The position numbers were made by a program, and so were the translations under genes. From positions 1-27,127 of IMG/VR virus record IMGVR_UViG_3300046007_006392: a DNA stretch of 27,127 nucleotides; one strand, given 5' to 3'. The notes under the pieces were generated by a model. That model was not told the origin of the DNA. It saw nothing but the letters and a program-made list of their open reading frames with translations, and did not search any database. The DNA is from a virus (taxonomy: Duplodnaviria > Caudoviricetes). Positions within the stretch are counted from its first letter, which is position 1, and every line of letters begins with the position of its first letter. Of this stretch, positions 16,224 to 24,375 are shown one piece after another.

Positions 16224-16576
16224 CTTCCGCCACCCTCCATTATTTGCAGCACGCTGTCGATGACGCGGTCGCGCCGCTGGTCCAGTTGCTCGCTCATCTT
16301 CAGCGCCTCTTCAATCTTCTCTTGACCAAGGTGCGCCAGAGCCTTCAAGAGCATGGCCGAAAGCAAGTCTTGCGCAATGCCCACTAGCCGTGTCGCGTAC
16401 TCCTGATTGCTGCTCTCGACCATGTGCGCCAAGTTGTGCACAAGGTCGACCAGTTGACGCGCCTCGAAGGTTATCGCAACAGCGTTGGCCATCTCGGGCC
16501 CGCGCGCGGCGGCCGTCGATGACAGGATCTCGTGGAGGTCCTCAGACAGTCCCTCGATGCTTTCCTTGATGCCCAT
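16220..16576 (-). CDS. Hypothetical helical protein, 118 aa
   Basis: Coupled in the operon; amphipathic helical sequence. Confidence 0.7.
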   Translation of the reverse strand: MGIKESIEGLSEDLHEILSSTAAARGPEMANAVAITFEARQLVDLVHNLAHMVESSNQEYATRLVGIAQDLLSAMLLKALAHLGQEKIEEALKMSEQLDQRRDRVIDSVLQIMEGGGR

Positions 16577-16577
16577 G

Positions 16578-16745
16578 TCACTTCTTCCTTAGGGTGAATC
16601 TGATCCAGCATTCATGGCAGCGCCACTTGCCGGGACCAATCTGGACCCCGCCAGAGGGCTCCTTGTGCTGGCCGCACTTGGGGCACTCCTTGAGCGGGAG
16701 CGTGTTCTTCGGCGTGCCCGGCAGCGCGCCAGTACCGAAGCTCAT
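16578..16745 (-). CDS. Small zinc-ribbon protein, 55 aa (not in the ORF track)
   Basis: My translation: MSFGTGALPGTPKNTLPLKECPKCGQHKEPSGGVQIGPGKWRCHECWIRFTLRKK; CxxC...CxxC; ATGA overlap upstream; fills the gap exactly. Confidence 0.7.
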   Translation of the reverse strand: MSFGTGALPGTPKNTLPLKECPKCGQHKEPSGGVQIGPGKWRCHECWIRFTLRKK

Positions 16746-17200
16746 ACGAGATCCAGGAGGAACGGCGGGACGTACCGCGCCGACTTGCCGATCTTGCCGC
16801 CAGGCAGGATGACCGGCGTGCCGTCCTCGTTGAGCTTCGAGTCGTTGCTGCGCAGCACGCGGAGGTCGGCCTCCTCCTTATGGAAGCCGGCAAGGAATGC
16901 CACGCCATTGCCGGTCACTTCGGAGTCGCACAGCGCGTCCAGCGCTTTGGCGCGGTTCTTGATGTTGACCCCGGTCGTGCCCTGCTTCAGGCGGTGCGCC
17001 ACTCCCTTGATGGTCGTGGCTGCCGCAGAGAGGTTCTCGTTGTCGGCGACCGATCCGGTGATGATCAGCTCGTCGATGAGCTCCATGCACTCCTCGAGGT
17101 GCACGCCGATCTGAGTGGCCAGGTGCTGCTTGTTGCTGGGCTCTTTGCCGCAGGCGGCGAGCCAGTCGGCGGTGCGTCGGAAGTTGGTCTTTTCAGTCAT
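16742..17200 (-). CDS. MazG-like nucleoside-triphosphate pyrophosphohydrolase (PRA-PH/DR2231-like)
   Basis: EExxE (LEECMEL), DALCD, SNDSK, GKIGK...YVPP motifs; start taken at MTEKTNF. Confidence 0.8.
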   Translation of the reverse strand: MTEKTNFRRTADWLAACGKEPSNKQHLATQIGVHLEECMELIDELIITGSVADNENLSAAATTIKGVAHRLKQGTTGVNIKNRAKALDALCDSEVTGNGVAFLAGFHKEEADLRVLRSNDSKLNEDGTPVILPGGKIGKSARYVPPFLLDLV

Positions 17201-17201
17201 G

Positions 17202-17525
17202 TCAGTACCCGCCGGCAATTCGCGCGGCGGCCTTGTGGATGGCGTTGTTGAAGTACCGGCGGATCACGTACTGCCGAACGATTGAGATCGCGGTGTAGAT
17301 CCAGCCGAGAGCGAAGTTTTCGGCCGCAGTGAAGCTCGCGCCCACCAGCGGCAGCAGCAGGAAGTTGGCAGCGAAGTTCACCGCAAAGCCGACCGCGATG
17401 TTCAGCCAGGCCTCGATGATCGCGCCGCGTGGAGTCTGCCCGGGCCCCGCGTTGTTCGCGTAGGCGCGCGCCGTAAAGCACGCGACAAACACGAACGACA
17501 CCACGCCAAGGGCCTCGAGGGTCAC
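17202..17525 (-). CDS. Small membrane protein (DUF7220-like)
   Basis: EAWLNIAVGF...YTAISIVRQYVIRRYFN pattern; three hydrophobic segments. Confidence 0.6.
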   Translation of the reverse strand: MTLEALGVVSFVFVACFTARAYANNAGPGQTPRGAIIEAWLNIAVGFAVNFAANFLLLPLVGASFTAAENFALGWIYTAISIVRQYVIRRYFNNAIHKAAARIAGGY

Positions 17526-18085
17526 GAGGCCTCCCCGAGATGGGCCATGGCGGCTCTCACGGCGACGTCAAGGTCGTCGATCGTGCCGCGGTTGTCGATC
17601 ACGTAGTTGTGCTGCAGGCTGGCGATTAGGTCCTCGCTGGCGTGCGATCGCACCGGCGCCGTGCCCGGGCGAATCACGCGCCACAGGACGCCGCCCTGCG
17701 ACCGAATCCAGGTCGCCTCGTTGGGGAAGCGCACGTCGCTGATCACCACGCCGGCGCTGTCGAAGCTCTTGCAGAGCTCGACCTTGGCGGCGGCGATGCG
17801 CACCCAGAAGTCTGGGTCGATGGCGCGCCCCCACTCGGTGCCAAGCAGCTGCGCGAGCTTGCGGTAGCTGGCGCCGAGCTGGGGGATGTCGACCTCCTTG
17901 AGGTGACGCTCGGTCATCCACCCCTCGTCGGCGCCGACGGTGGCCAGCAGCAGGCCCAGCATGTCGCGGATCGGGTCCGCGAAGGCAATGCCGTCGAGGT
18001 CGTACTGCCCCTCCAGGATTGCGCGCACGGTGTCCTTGCCGGTGCCGGCGTAGCCCGTGAGGCCAATCAGGCGGGGCTTGGTCAT
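17522..18085 (-). CDS. Deoxynucleoside monophosphate kinase (T4 gp1-like), 187 aa
   Basis: P-loop GLTGYAGTGKDT, FADP, QLLGTEWGR, DVRFPNE; true start MTKPRL at 18085 (ATGA overlap). Confidence 0.88.
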   Translation of the reverse strand: MTKPRLIGLTGYAGTGKDTVRAILEGQYDLDGIAFADPIRDMLGLLLATVGADEGWMTERHLKEVDIPQLGASYRKLAQLLGTEWGRAIDPDFWVRIAAAKVELCKSFDSAGVVISDVRFPNEATWIRSQGGVLWRVIRPGTAPVRSHASEDLIASLQHNYVIDNRGTIDDLDVAVRAAMAHLGEAS

Positions 18086-18987
18086 GCGGCCTCCTTCTCT
18101 TGCTCCGGCTCCTTGTAGCCCAGCATGTCGCACAGCTCGGCGATGACCGAGGACAGGTTCAGCGTCTGGACCGCCGCCTCGTGCAACCACACGTCTTCGT
18201 CGTTCTTCTCGGCGTCTGGGTTGGTCGGGAAGTCGATCGACTTGAACGCGAAGTCCGACGTCAGCTTGAAGCTGACCTCGTTGCCGGCCAGCAGGCGCAT
18301 CGACTTGACACCGAAGCCATCGGCGAATGCCTTGTGCAGCCCGGCCTTGGCCTCGGTGAGCTGCTCCATCTTGACGGTCAGCTTTTGGCCGCCCATCGCC
18401 AGCTCCGTGTCGACGTGCGGCATGAACTCGCCGAAGGCGTCGGCATCGTCGTCGAGCCAAGCCTTCATGCGCGTGGTCAAGCCGTGCTTCACGTCGTTGA
18501 CGTGAATGGTCTCGGTCTTGACGCTGCCGACGGCGGCGATCAGCAGCGCGACGATGGCGGCTGCAGTCGTCTTGCTGGACGTCGGAATGATCAGGTACTG
18601 CCTGTCGCGCCGGTAGAAGCACGTCACCAGCATCGTCTTGACCAGCGCCTTGGCGCGGAACTCGATGGTGATCAGGTCCTTCAGGTCGGCGCGCTCTGCC
18701 TTGCTGAGGCGCTTCCTGCCGGTCTCCTCGCACAGCTGCTTGCTGCGCTTGTCGAACTCGGCCTTCACTGCGCTGGCGGGCACGATCTTGGTGTCGATGC
18801 GCACGGCGAATGCCAGGCCACCGATGAAGGTGTCGACGAGACCCTCACCGTTGCGGCTGACGAAGCCGGAGGACCCCGCCTCGAACGGCATCGGGTCGAC
18901 GAACGGCTTCTCCTTGAGATGCGCCTCCAGTGCGGTCGAACTCGGCAGCTCTGCCTTGTAGACCAATGCGTTTTTGATGAGTTTCAT
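18082..18987 (-). CDS. rdgC: Recombination-associated protein RdgC (phage type), 301 aa
   Basis: N-terminal KNALVY, SSGFV, KIVPASAVK, final LxSDFAFKSIDF; length typical of the family. Confidence 0.85.
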   Translation of the reverse strand: MKLIKNALVYKAELPSSTALEAHLKEKPFVDPMPFEAGSSGFVSRNGEGLVDTFIGGLAFAVRIDTKIVPASAVKAEFDKRSKQLCEETGRKRLSKAERADLKDLITIEFRAKALVKTMLVTCFYRRDRQYLIIPTSSKTTAAAIVALLIAAVGSVKTETIHVNDVKHGLTTRMKAWLDDDADAFGEFMPHVDTELAMGGQKLTVKMEQLTEAKAGLHKAFADGFGVKSMRLLAGNEVSFKLTSDFAFKSIDFPTNPDAEKNDEDVWLHEAAVQTLNLSSVIAELCDMLGYKEPEQEKEAA

Positions 18988-19002
18988 GGTGTGTGTTGGG
19001 GT

Positions 19003-19070
19003 GGCCTACTCGCTGCGTCCCGTTGCTCCGCTACTGGGCGGCTCACTCAGGCGGGCATCCGCTTTCGGCC
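19003..19070 (-). ncRNA. Candidate structured RNA in the rdgC leader
   Basis: Minus strand GGCC-GAAA-GC-GGA-UGC...GCA-GC-GAGUA-GGCC; GAA/AGUA resembles a bulged-G (loop E) motif. Confidence 0.45.
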
Positions 19071-19078
19071 GTATTGCT

Positions 19079-19414
19079 TCAGTCGGTGGTGCTGCCCTCG
19101 GAATTGGGGTCGCTCTCGGGGACGGGGGCGGGCGCGGACGCCTGCGGCGCGATGCCGGCGGCACTGATCTGGTAGGGCATCCAGGTGGCGTGTGCGCCGC
19201 TCGGGCGCTCCTCGTCGGGCTGCACCAGGTGCACAGAGGGGCGCCGCTGCACGTCGCCGTTGGCGTCAAAGACGGCCAGGTTGACGCAGCGGTCGCCCCA
19301 CACGCCAGCCACGATGGCGGCGAGCGGCTGGGCGCCGACGCGGGGCAGGTTGTCGTTGGCCGCCGGGTAATACCAGACGATGCGGCCGGGGGTGGGAGAG
19401 ATGACTGTGCTCAC
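19079..19414 (-). CDS. Conserved hypothetical phage protein, 111 aa
   Basis: PTPGRIVWY...AAIV...VNLAVFD motif; GTG start with RBS GAAAGGA and GTGA overlap. Confidence 0.7.
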   Translation of the reverse strand: MSTVISPTPGRIVWYYPAANDNLPRVGAQPLAAIVAGVWGDRCVNLAVFDANGDVQRRPSVHLVQPDEERPSGAHATWMPYQISAAGIAPQASAPAPVPESDPNSEGSTTD

Positions 19415-19848
19415 AGGTTTCCTTTCGGTTGGTGGTGGGAGATTGATGTGGTGGCTGCGTCCGTCAGCAGGCGGTGCGCAGCCTTGTGGTGAGTTGGGCA
19501 AAGCCAAGTGACCACAAGAGGTGCGTCGTAGTGCGGGTGGTGTGCGTGCGCTTTGGCGCCACAGATCTCGCACGGCCAGCGCTGCAGCCTTCCATCTCGG
19601 ATGGCGTTGCCGACCTTGGTCTGCGCTGAGCGCCACTCTGGATGCTCTTCGCGCCAAGCCTTTGCCGTGGACCGATTGAGGGCCCTCCGGTGAGGCTGCG
19701 AGGCGCGCTCAGCTTCGTATGCCCGGTACTGCTCGGCCCTCGCTGCGCGGTTGGCTCGCACCATCGCGCAGCGACACGTCTTGCAGGTCCGATCGTTCGC
19801 ATAGAAGTCGGCAGCCGGCTTGTCATGTCCGCACTTGACGCACTGCAT
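19411..19848 (-). CDS. Zn-binding HNH-like protein, 145 aa
   Basis: CVKC, CKTC, then CEICG...AHHPHY...WLCPTHH; start MQCVKC 2 nt after the ssb stop. Confidence 0.75.
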   Translation of the reverse strand: MQCVKCGHDKPAADFYANDRTCKTCRCAMVRANRAARAEQYRAYEAERASQPHRRALNRSTAKAWREEHPEWRSAQTKVGNAIRDGRLQRWPCEICGAKAHAHHPHYDAPLVVTWLCPTHHKAAHRLLTDAATTSISHHQPKGNL

Positions 19849-19850
19849 GA

Positions 19851-20360
19851 TCAAAATGGGATCACGTCGTCGTCCATGTCGTCGAAGCTGCTGCCGCCGC
19901 GCTGCTGCTGCTGGCGCGGCGCGGCACCCTGACCACGCTGCTGCGGGGGCTGGCCGCGCTGTTGCGGGGCCTGTTGGCGCTGCTCGCTCTGAGACGATCC
20001 GCCGCCCTGGCCGCCACCCTGCTGATCGCGGCTGCTGAGCAGCGTCATCTGGTTGGCGATGATGTCGGTGGTGTTGCGCTCGACGCCGTCCTTGTCGGTG
20101 TAGGTGCCGTACTTGATCGCGCCCTCGACGTAGATCTTGGTGCCCTTCTTGACGTACTCCCCAGCGATCTCGGCCAGCTTGTCGTAGAAGGTGACGCGGT
20201 GCCACTGCGTCTCTTCGAGACGCTCGCCGGTCTGCTTGTCCTTGCGGTAACTCGAGGTGGCGATGGAGACGTTGGCGACGGCCATGCCGCTGGCCAGGTG
20301 GCGGACCTCGGTGTCCCGCCCGGCGTTGCCGATGAGAATGGCCTTGTTGACTGATGACAT
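19851..20360 (-). CDS. ssb: Single-stranded DNA-binding protein
   Basis: VNKAILIGN, ETQWHRV, KGTKIYVEG, Gln/Gly-rich tail ending DDDVIPF. Confidence 0.97.
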   Translation of the reverse strand: MSSVNKAILIGNAGRDTEVRHLASGMAVANVSIATSSYRKDKQTGERLEETQWHRVTFYDKLAEIAGEYVKKGTKIYVEGAIKYGTYTDKDGVERNTTDIIANQMTLLSSRDQQGGGQGGGSSQSEQRQQAPQQRGQPPQQRGQGAAPRQQQQRGGSSFDDMDDDVIPF

Positions 20361-20377
20361 TGCGTAGTGGTCTTTCT

Positions 20378-20584
20378 TCAGTAGAACGATGAGAGCTGGT
20401 TGTGCGCGTTGATCAGCGACTCCAGCGAGGGGTTGGCCGCGTTTGCGACCTTGGTGGCCTGTGCGACCGCCTTCTTGTAGGCGGCGGTATTGCCATGACC
20501 GCCGCTGATGACGCCTTCCGGCACGCGCTTCAGCATCTCTTTGATGCGGGAGCGGTAGTGCGCGGTTTGTTGCTTGATGTCCAT
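20378..20584 (-). CDS. Hypothetical helical protein, 68 aa, probably leaderless
   Basis: ATG lies 6 nt after the -10 box CATAAT; no SD. Confidence 0.7.
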   Translation of the reverse strand: MDIKQQTAHYRSRIKEMLKRVPEGVISGGHGNTAAYKKAVAQATKVANAANPSLESLINAHNQLSSFY

Positions 20585-20590
20585 GGGTTG

Positions 20591-20618
20591 ATTATGCCAA
20601 CAAAATGTTGGCTGTCGA
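20591..20618 (-). promoter_or_regulatory. Sigma70-like promoter with operator palindrome GCCAACA-AAA-TGTTGGC (20596-20612) in the spacer
   Basis: Minus strand TCGACA-16 nt-CATAAT with an upstream T tract. Confidence 0.75.
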
Positions 20619-20627
20619 GAAAAAACT

Positions 20628-20849
20628 TCATTCAGACTGTGGCGGCTGTGGTTTTCTGACGCCGCTCGCGTAGTCCTTGTAGGCGCCCTTCAGCTGTGAG
20701 TAGAACGCCCTCACGGACATCGGCTCATTGACGATGCGATCGTGGCCGCGGACGCGCGCGACCACGAGCTCGCGATCCACGGTCTCGGCGTTGGCCGACA
20801 TCTCTTGCTTGGCCAGTCGGCGCAAGCGCTTGGCGAGCTTCCCGTTCAA
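20628..20849 (-). CDS. Small basic phage protein, 73 aa (MNGKLAKRLRR...)
   Basis: TTG start preceded by RBS GAAAGGA. Confidence 0.65.
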   Translation of the reverse strand: MNGKLAKRLRRLAKQEMSANAETVDRELVVARVRGHDRIVNEPMSVRAFYSQLKGAYKDYASGVRKPQPPQSE

Positions 20850-20945
20850 TGTGAATCCTTTCGTGGTGGCGGTTACGACATCCGCCTGACGGTGCCGCCC
20901 GGAACCCCGGGCCTTCACCCCCGCTGCGCAGGGGCGCCGTCCGAT

Positions 20946-21914
20946 TCAAGCATCCCGATAGTTGAGGCTGATCGACTTCACCGACCAGTTGCTGCTGATG
21001 CTGCGCACGACCACGCCCTCGGCCTGCTCCCCATTCGGGTAGCGCGCCTCGTCGGCCAGCATGCGCAGCGTGTCGGGGTCCGCGTAGCCGTGGCCGGTCG
21101 CGACGATCTCGGCCAGCGGTATGTCGAACTCCATGGACATGTGAACCAGGGTGCCGAAGTGAGCGCGGCCGAGCCCATCCCCCCTGATGTGGTGCAACGT
21201 GAAGGCCGCGATCGCGAGCTCAGACAAGCCCAGCGGGTTGCCTTGGATGCCCGGCCCGCACACCTCGAACTGCAGCGCGAAGCCCCGGGGAATGCGCTCC
21301 AGGCCGTACTTGCGCGCCGCCTGCCAGTACACGTTGCCCTTGCCGCTCTCGGCGAACTCCTTGAGCTCGAGGTTGCGGCTGCAGACGTGCATGCCTTCGT
21401 CGTCGTTCCACACGGTGCAGCTGGTGCCGTCGTACTTGACGGTGGCAACCCAGTCCCAGCCGGTCATCATCTCTTCTAGGTTGCGCACGCGCTGGAAGTT
21501 CTCCTCGTCGGTCTTGGGGATGAAGCTCGGGAAGTTGCCCCGCACGTCGCCCGCAATCGCGGCCGGAATGGGCTTCTCGTGCTTCTTGACGCCAAGCACT
21601 TCGGTCAGGTCGGTGCCCGGCAGCATGGCCAGCTCGTCCTCCCCGGCCGGCACGATCACGCACTCGCTGGGCACGCCCTTGAATCGGGCCATGCGCACGC
21701 GCCACTTGTGCTTCTCCATGAAGCTCCACCGCGGCCCGGGCTGGAGCACGGCGTCTTGCAGGAACGCGACGACGGAGTCCCCCGCGTCGATGTCCTTGCC
21801 AACGACCCCAGACCACAGGCCCTCTTCACCACAAGACACGAACGCCTGATGGATTCGGTCTGCGCCTTCGATTGGCCGGGTCTCCGTGACCCGACCGACA
21901 ACTGCCAACTTCAT
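20946..21914 (-). CDS. ATP-dependent RNA ligase, DRB0094/DraRnl (Rnl5)-like, 322 aa
   Basis: N-terminal OB-like PIEGADRI, FPSFIPKTDEE, motif I KYDGTS, CSRN, GPGIQGN, motif IV EGVVV, motif V SVKSIS; start MKLAVV. Confidence 0.88.
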   Translation of the reverse strand: MKLAVVGRVTETRPIEGADRIHQAFVSCGEEGLWSGVVGKDIDAGDSVVAFLQDAVLQPGPRWSFMEKHKWRVRMARFKGVPSECVIVPAGEDELAMLPGTDLTEVLGVKKHEKPIPAAIAGDVRGNFPSFIPKTDEENFQRVRNLEEMMTGWDWVATVKYDGTSCTVWNDDEGMHVCSRNLELKEFAESGKGNVYWQAARKYGLERIPRGFALQFEVCGPGIQGNPLGLSELAIAAFTLHHIRGDGLGRAHFGTLVHMSMEFDIPLAEIVATGHGYADPDTLRMLADEARYPNGEQAEGVVVRSISSNWSVKSISLNYRDA

Positions 21915-21916
21915 TG

Positions 21917-22084
21917 CTACTGCTTCCTCTCCGTCATGCGCTGCTTCAATCGCTCTTGCATCCCCTTGCAGCGATAGGGGTCGAGCTCTTCGTAGCGCTT
22001 GGCTGCGTGCCATGCGTACGTCTTCCACGCGGGCATCTGGGCCAGGCTTGCCAGGTGATCCAGGATGCCGTCGGCGTCAATCAC
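21917..22084 (-). CDS. Hypothetical protein, ~55 aa
   Basis: GTGA overlap with the upstream stop; fills the gap before the ligase. Confidence 0.55.
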   Translation of the reverse strand: MIDADGILDHLASLAQMPAWKTYAWHAAKRYEELDPYRCKGMQERLKQRMTERKQ

Positions 22085-22386
22085 TGCTGGCGCTTCAGCC
22101 ATGCAGTGCTTGCCCATTCGCGCTCAGGCCTGCCGGTGAGCGACGGCACGGTTCTGCCGGTTGTGGCCACCAAGCCCTCGCGTTGCATCTCCGGCAGGCG
22201 CCTGGCCACGGCCACGCCGTCCAGTCCGGTGACGTGGGCGATGCCGTCTTTGCCGAGGGGCCCCATGGACAAGCACTCCAGGATTCTCTCTGCGTGCCGC
22301 CGGGCCAGGCCGTCAGCGGCGCCGGCTGCGATGTGACTGGTGACGGGGTCGCTGGCGCGAGCCCGCACATGCTCTTCGTTGATCAT
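22081..22386 (-). CDS. Winged-HTH DNA-binding protein, 101 aa
   Basis: ARASDPVTSH leader, then ILECL...GIAHVTGL...RRLPEMQREGLV. Confidence 0.7.
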   Translation of the reverse strand: MINEEHVRARASDPVTSHIAAGAADGLARRHAERILECLSMGPLGKDGIAHVTGLDGVAVARRLPEMQREGLVATTGRTVPSLTGRPEREWASTAWLKRQQ

Positions 22387-23027
22387 GCTGCCCTCTTGCT
22401 TGCTAGGTCACGGATCTCCTTGGCGGTGACACTCACCTCCGCCAGGAACTTGCTGACGCCGGCCTCGAGCTCGGCGATGATCTTGTCGTCGCGGTAGACG
22501 CGGTTGATGTGGGTCTGCAGCGGATCGGGCATTTCCTCGCAGTACGACACCACGTCGTTCCACTCGCGGCCCGCGATCCACAGCTCGCCGTAGATCTGCC
22601 ACTTGTACTCAGACGGCGGCGCGCCCTTGAGCTGCAGGTAGTCCCAGTGGATGGCCGGGATCGGGCACTTGAACTCGACCATGCCATCGGTTCCGACGAG
22701 ACCATCAGGCGACACGCCGCACTCGAGGAACTTGTGCTTGATGAACGGCACCTCCTCGACCATGTGGCCGGTGATCGCCTCGTACGCCATGCGCGCGAAC
22801 GGCTCCTTCTCTTTGCCGCGCTCGGTGTGCGCGTTGCCCTTGAACCCATCGGCCATCACCTTGCCGGTGACGACCTCGAGGGCCAGGCGCATGCGATAGT
22901 TGCGGCGCGTTGTGGACTCTTCGCCGTTGCGGCCCTTGGCCATTACGTCGGCGAAGTGGCTGCCCGTGGCCAGGCCTCGGCGCAGCTCCAGCCACTCGGG
23001 GCTGCCCTGCTCGATGATGTCGCTCAT
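22383..23027 (-). CDS. YqaJ/lambda-exonuclease family recombination nuclease, 214 aa
   Basis: EQGSPEWLELRRG, ERG...EP, SPDGLV, EFKCP, YxWQ motifs. Confidence 0.92.
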   Translation of the reverse strand: MSDIIEQGSPEWLELRRGLATGSHFADVMAKGRNGEESTTRRNYRMRLALEVVTGKVMADGFKGNAHTERGKEKEPFARMAYEAITGHMVEEVPFIKHKFLECGVSPDGLVGTDGMVEFKCPIPAIHWDYLQLKGAPPSEYKWQIYGELWIAGREWNDVVSYCEEMPDPLQTHINRVYRDDKIIAELEAGVSKFLAEVSVTAKEIRDLASKRAA

Positions 23028-23437
23028 GCCGTCTCCTTCTCAACGTACTGTTGGTGACCCCTGACGTCCGCGATGCGGCGCGCAGCGATGTCATAAAAGA
23101 AGCGGTCGCCCGGCGCTGTCACCCTGTAGGCAAATCGGCCAGCAAAGTACACACAGAACTCGGCGCCAGACCGCAGAACGGTCGTGTAGGCGACGGTGAT
23201 GGCCTGGCCGCCAATGCCGCCAAACCCGAGCGCGGTCGATCCCCAGGCCTGCGCGAACATCGCGTGCACCTCAATCTCGTAGTCGGTGGGGCGGCGCGTC
23301 TTCTTGATGCGAAGATCCTCTTTTGTCTTCCGGAACTGCTCCCAGTCGCGGTCCTCGTACTCAATCGGGCTGAAGCCCTCGTACGCCGCATGAGCCATGG
23401 CTGCGTGCAGGTCGGTGATGGCGCTGCCGTGCTTCAT
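23024..23437 (-). CDS. Conserved hypothetical phage protein, 137 aa
   Basis: WGSTALGFGGIGGQA motif; ATGA overlaps with both recT and the exonuclease. Confidence 0.7.
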   Translation of the reverse strand: MKHGSAITDLHAAMAHAAYEGFSPIEYEDRDWEQFRKTKEDLRIKKTRRPTDYEIEVHAMFAQAWGSTALGFGGIGGQAITVAYTTVLRSGAEFCVYFAGRFAYRVTAPGDRFFYDIAARRIADVRGHQQYVEKETA

Positions 23438-24375
23438 GCGTCACCCCCTTTCTTCACCTCGGCATCGACGGCCTTCAGCTTCGCGCCGGCGTTGGTCACG
23501 ACGGTCTTGAACTTGTCGTAGCCCTCGCGATCGGCGGCCTTGCGCGCGGCGTCTGCGCCCCGCTTCCACACGGTCTCCAGCTCCGCCGCATTGGCGGCCC
23601 TCTGCGCCCTCTCGATCCACGCGGCACGGTCAAACACAGGCTTGTCGTTGGCGGCCGGCGCGGCCCTGTTGGCAAGCTCGTGTAGGCCCTCCTCGCCGTC
23701 GGTGTTGAGGTGGTAGATGGCGTGGTCCAGGCGCTCGGTCTTTGGCCACGTCTTGTGGGCGCGCTTGATGACCGTCTTCTTGGCCATCTCACCCCAGTCC
23801 GTGACCCAGGGGCACTTCTTCTTCTTCTCAATCCAAGCCCTCCAGGCGCTCGAGCGATCTCGGATGTCGTTAATCTCGGCCACGCTCATGGCTTCGGTGA
23901 GGTAGTCGCCGTCGGCCGTCTTCACCACAACGTAGGCGCCCACCGGATCGCCGCGGTCGCCGCCGAACGGGTTGAACTGGTGCTCGGGCGGCTTGTCGTA
24001 GCCGTTCAGCGTGAAGCGGTCGTTGGCGTGCACGATCGCCGCCTTGGCCCACTTGATCGACCCCGTCGCGGTGGCCAGATCTATGAGGCCCATGTACGAG
24101 ATGTCAAGGCAGATCTTGCCGTCGCGCGGTACGAGGTAGGCCTGCTTCTTCGCTGGGTTCAGCGATATGCCGATGGCCGCCACGTTGGTCACCGCGTTGA
24201 TGACCGACTGCCGGTTCTTGGCGGCCAGGCCCAGCGCGTAGTCGTTCTGCTGCAGGATCTGGATCGCGAACTCAGCCTCGCGCTCGAAGCTGATGGAGCG
24301 GTCGGACAGGACCGACTCGAAGGCGTCCTTGGCGCCGTAGATGTCGCCCGTGATCAGGGCCAGTGCGTTGCTCAT
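23434..24375 (-). CDS. recT: RecT-family single-strand annealing protein, 313 aa
   Basis: GISLNP...QAYLVP...ISYMGL, GAY, PW...EMAKKTVIKRAxKxWP. Confidence 0.92.
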   Translation of the reverse strand: MSNALALITGDIYGAKDAFESVLSDRSISFEREAEFAIQILQQNDYALGLAAKNRQSVINAVTNVAAIGISLNPAKKQAYLVPRDGKICLDISYMGLIDLATATGSIKWAKAAIVHANDRFTLNGYDKPPEHQFNPFGGDRGDPVGAYVVVKTADGDYLTEAMSVAEINDIRDRSSAWRAWIEKKKKCPWVTDWGEMAKKTVIKRAHKTWPKTERLDHAIYHLNTDGEEGLHELANRAAPAANDKPVFDRAAWIERAQRAANAAELETVWKRGADAARKAADREGYDKFKTVVTNAGAKLKAVDAEVKKGGDA

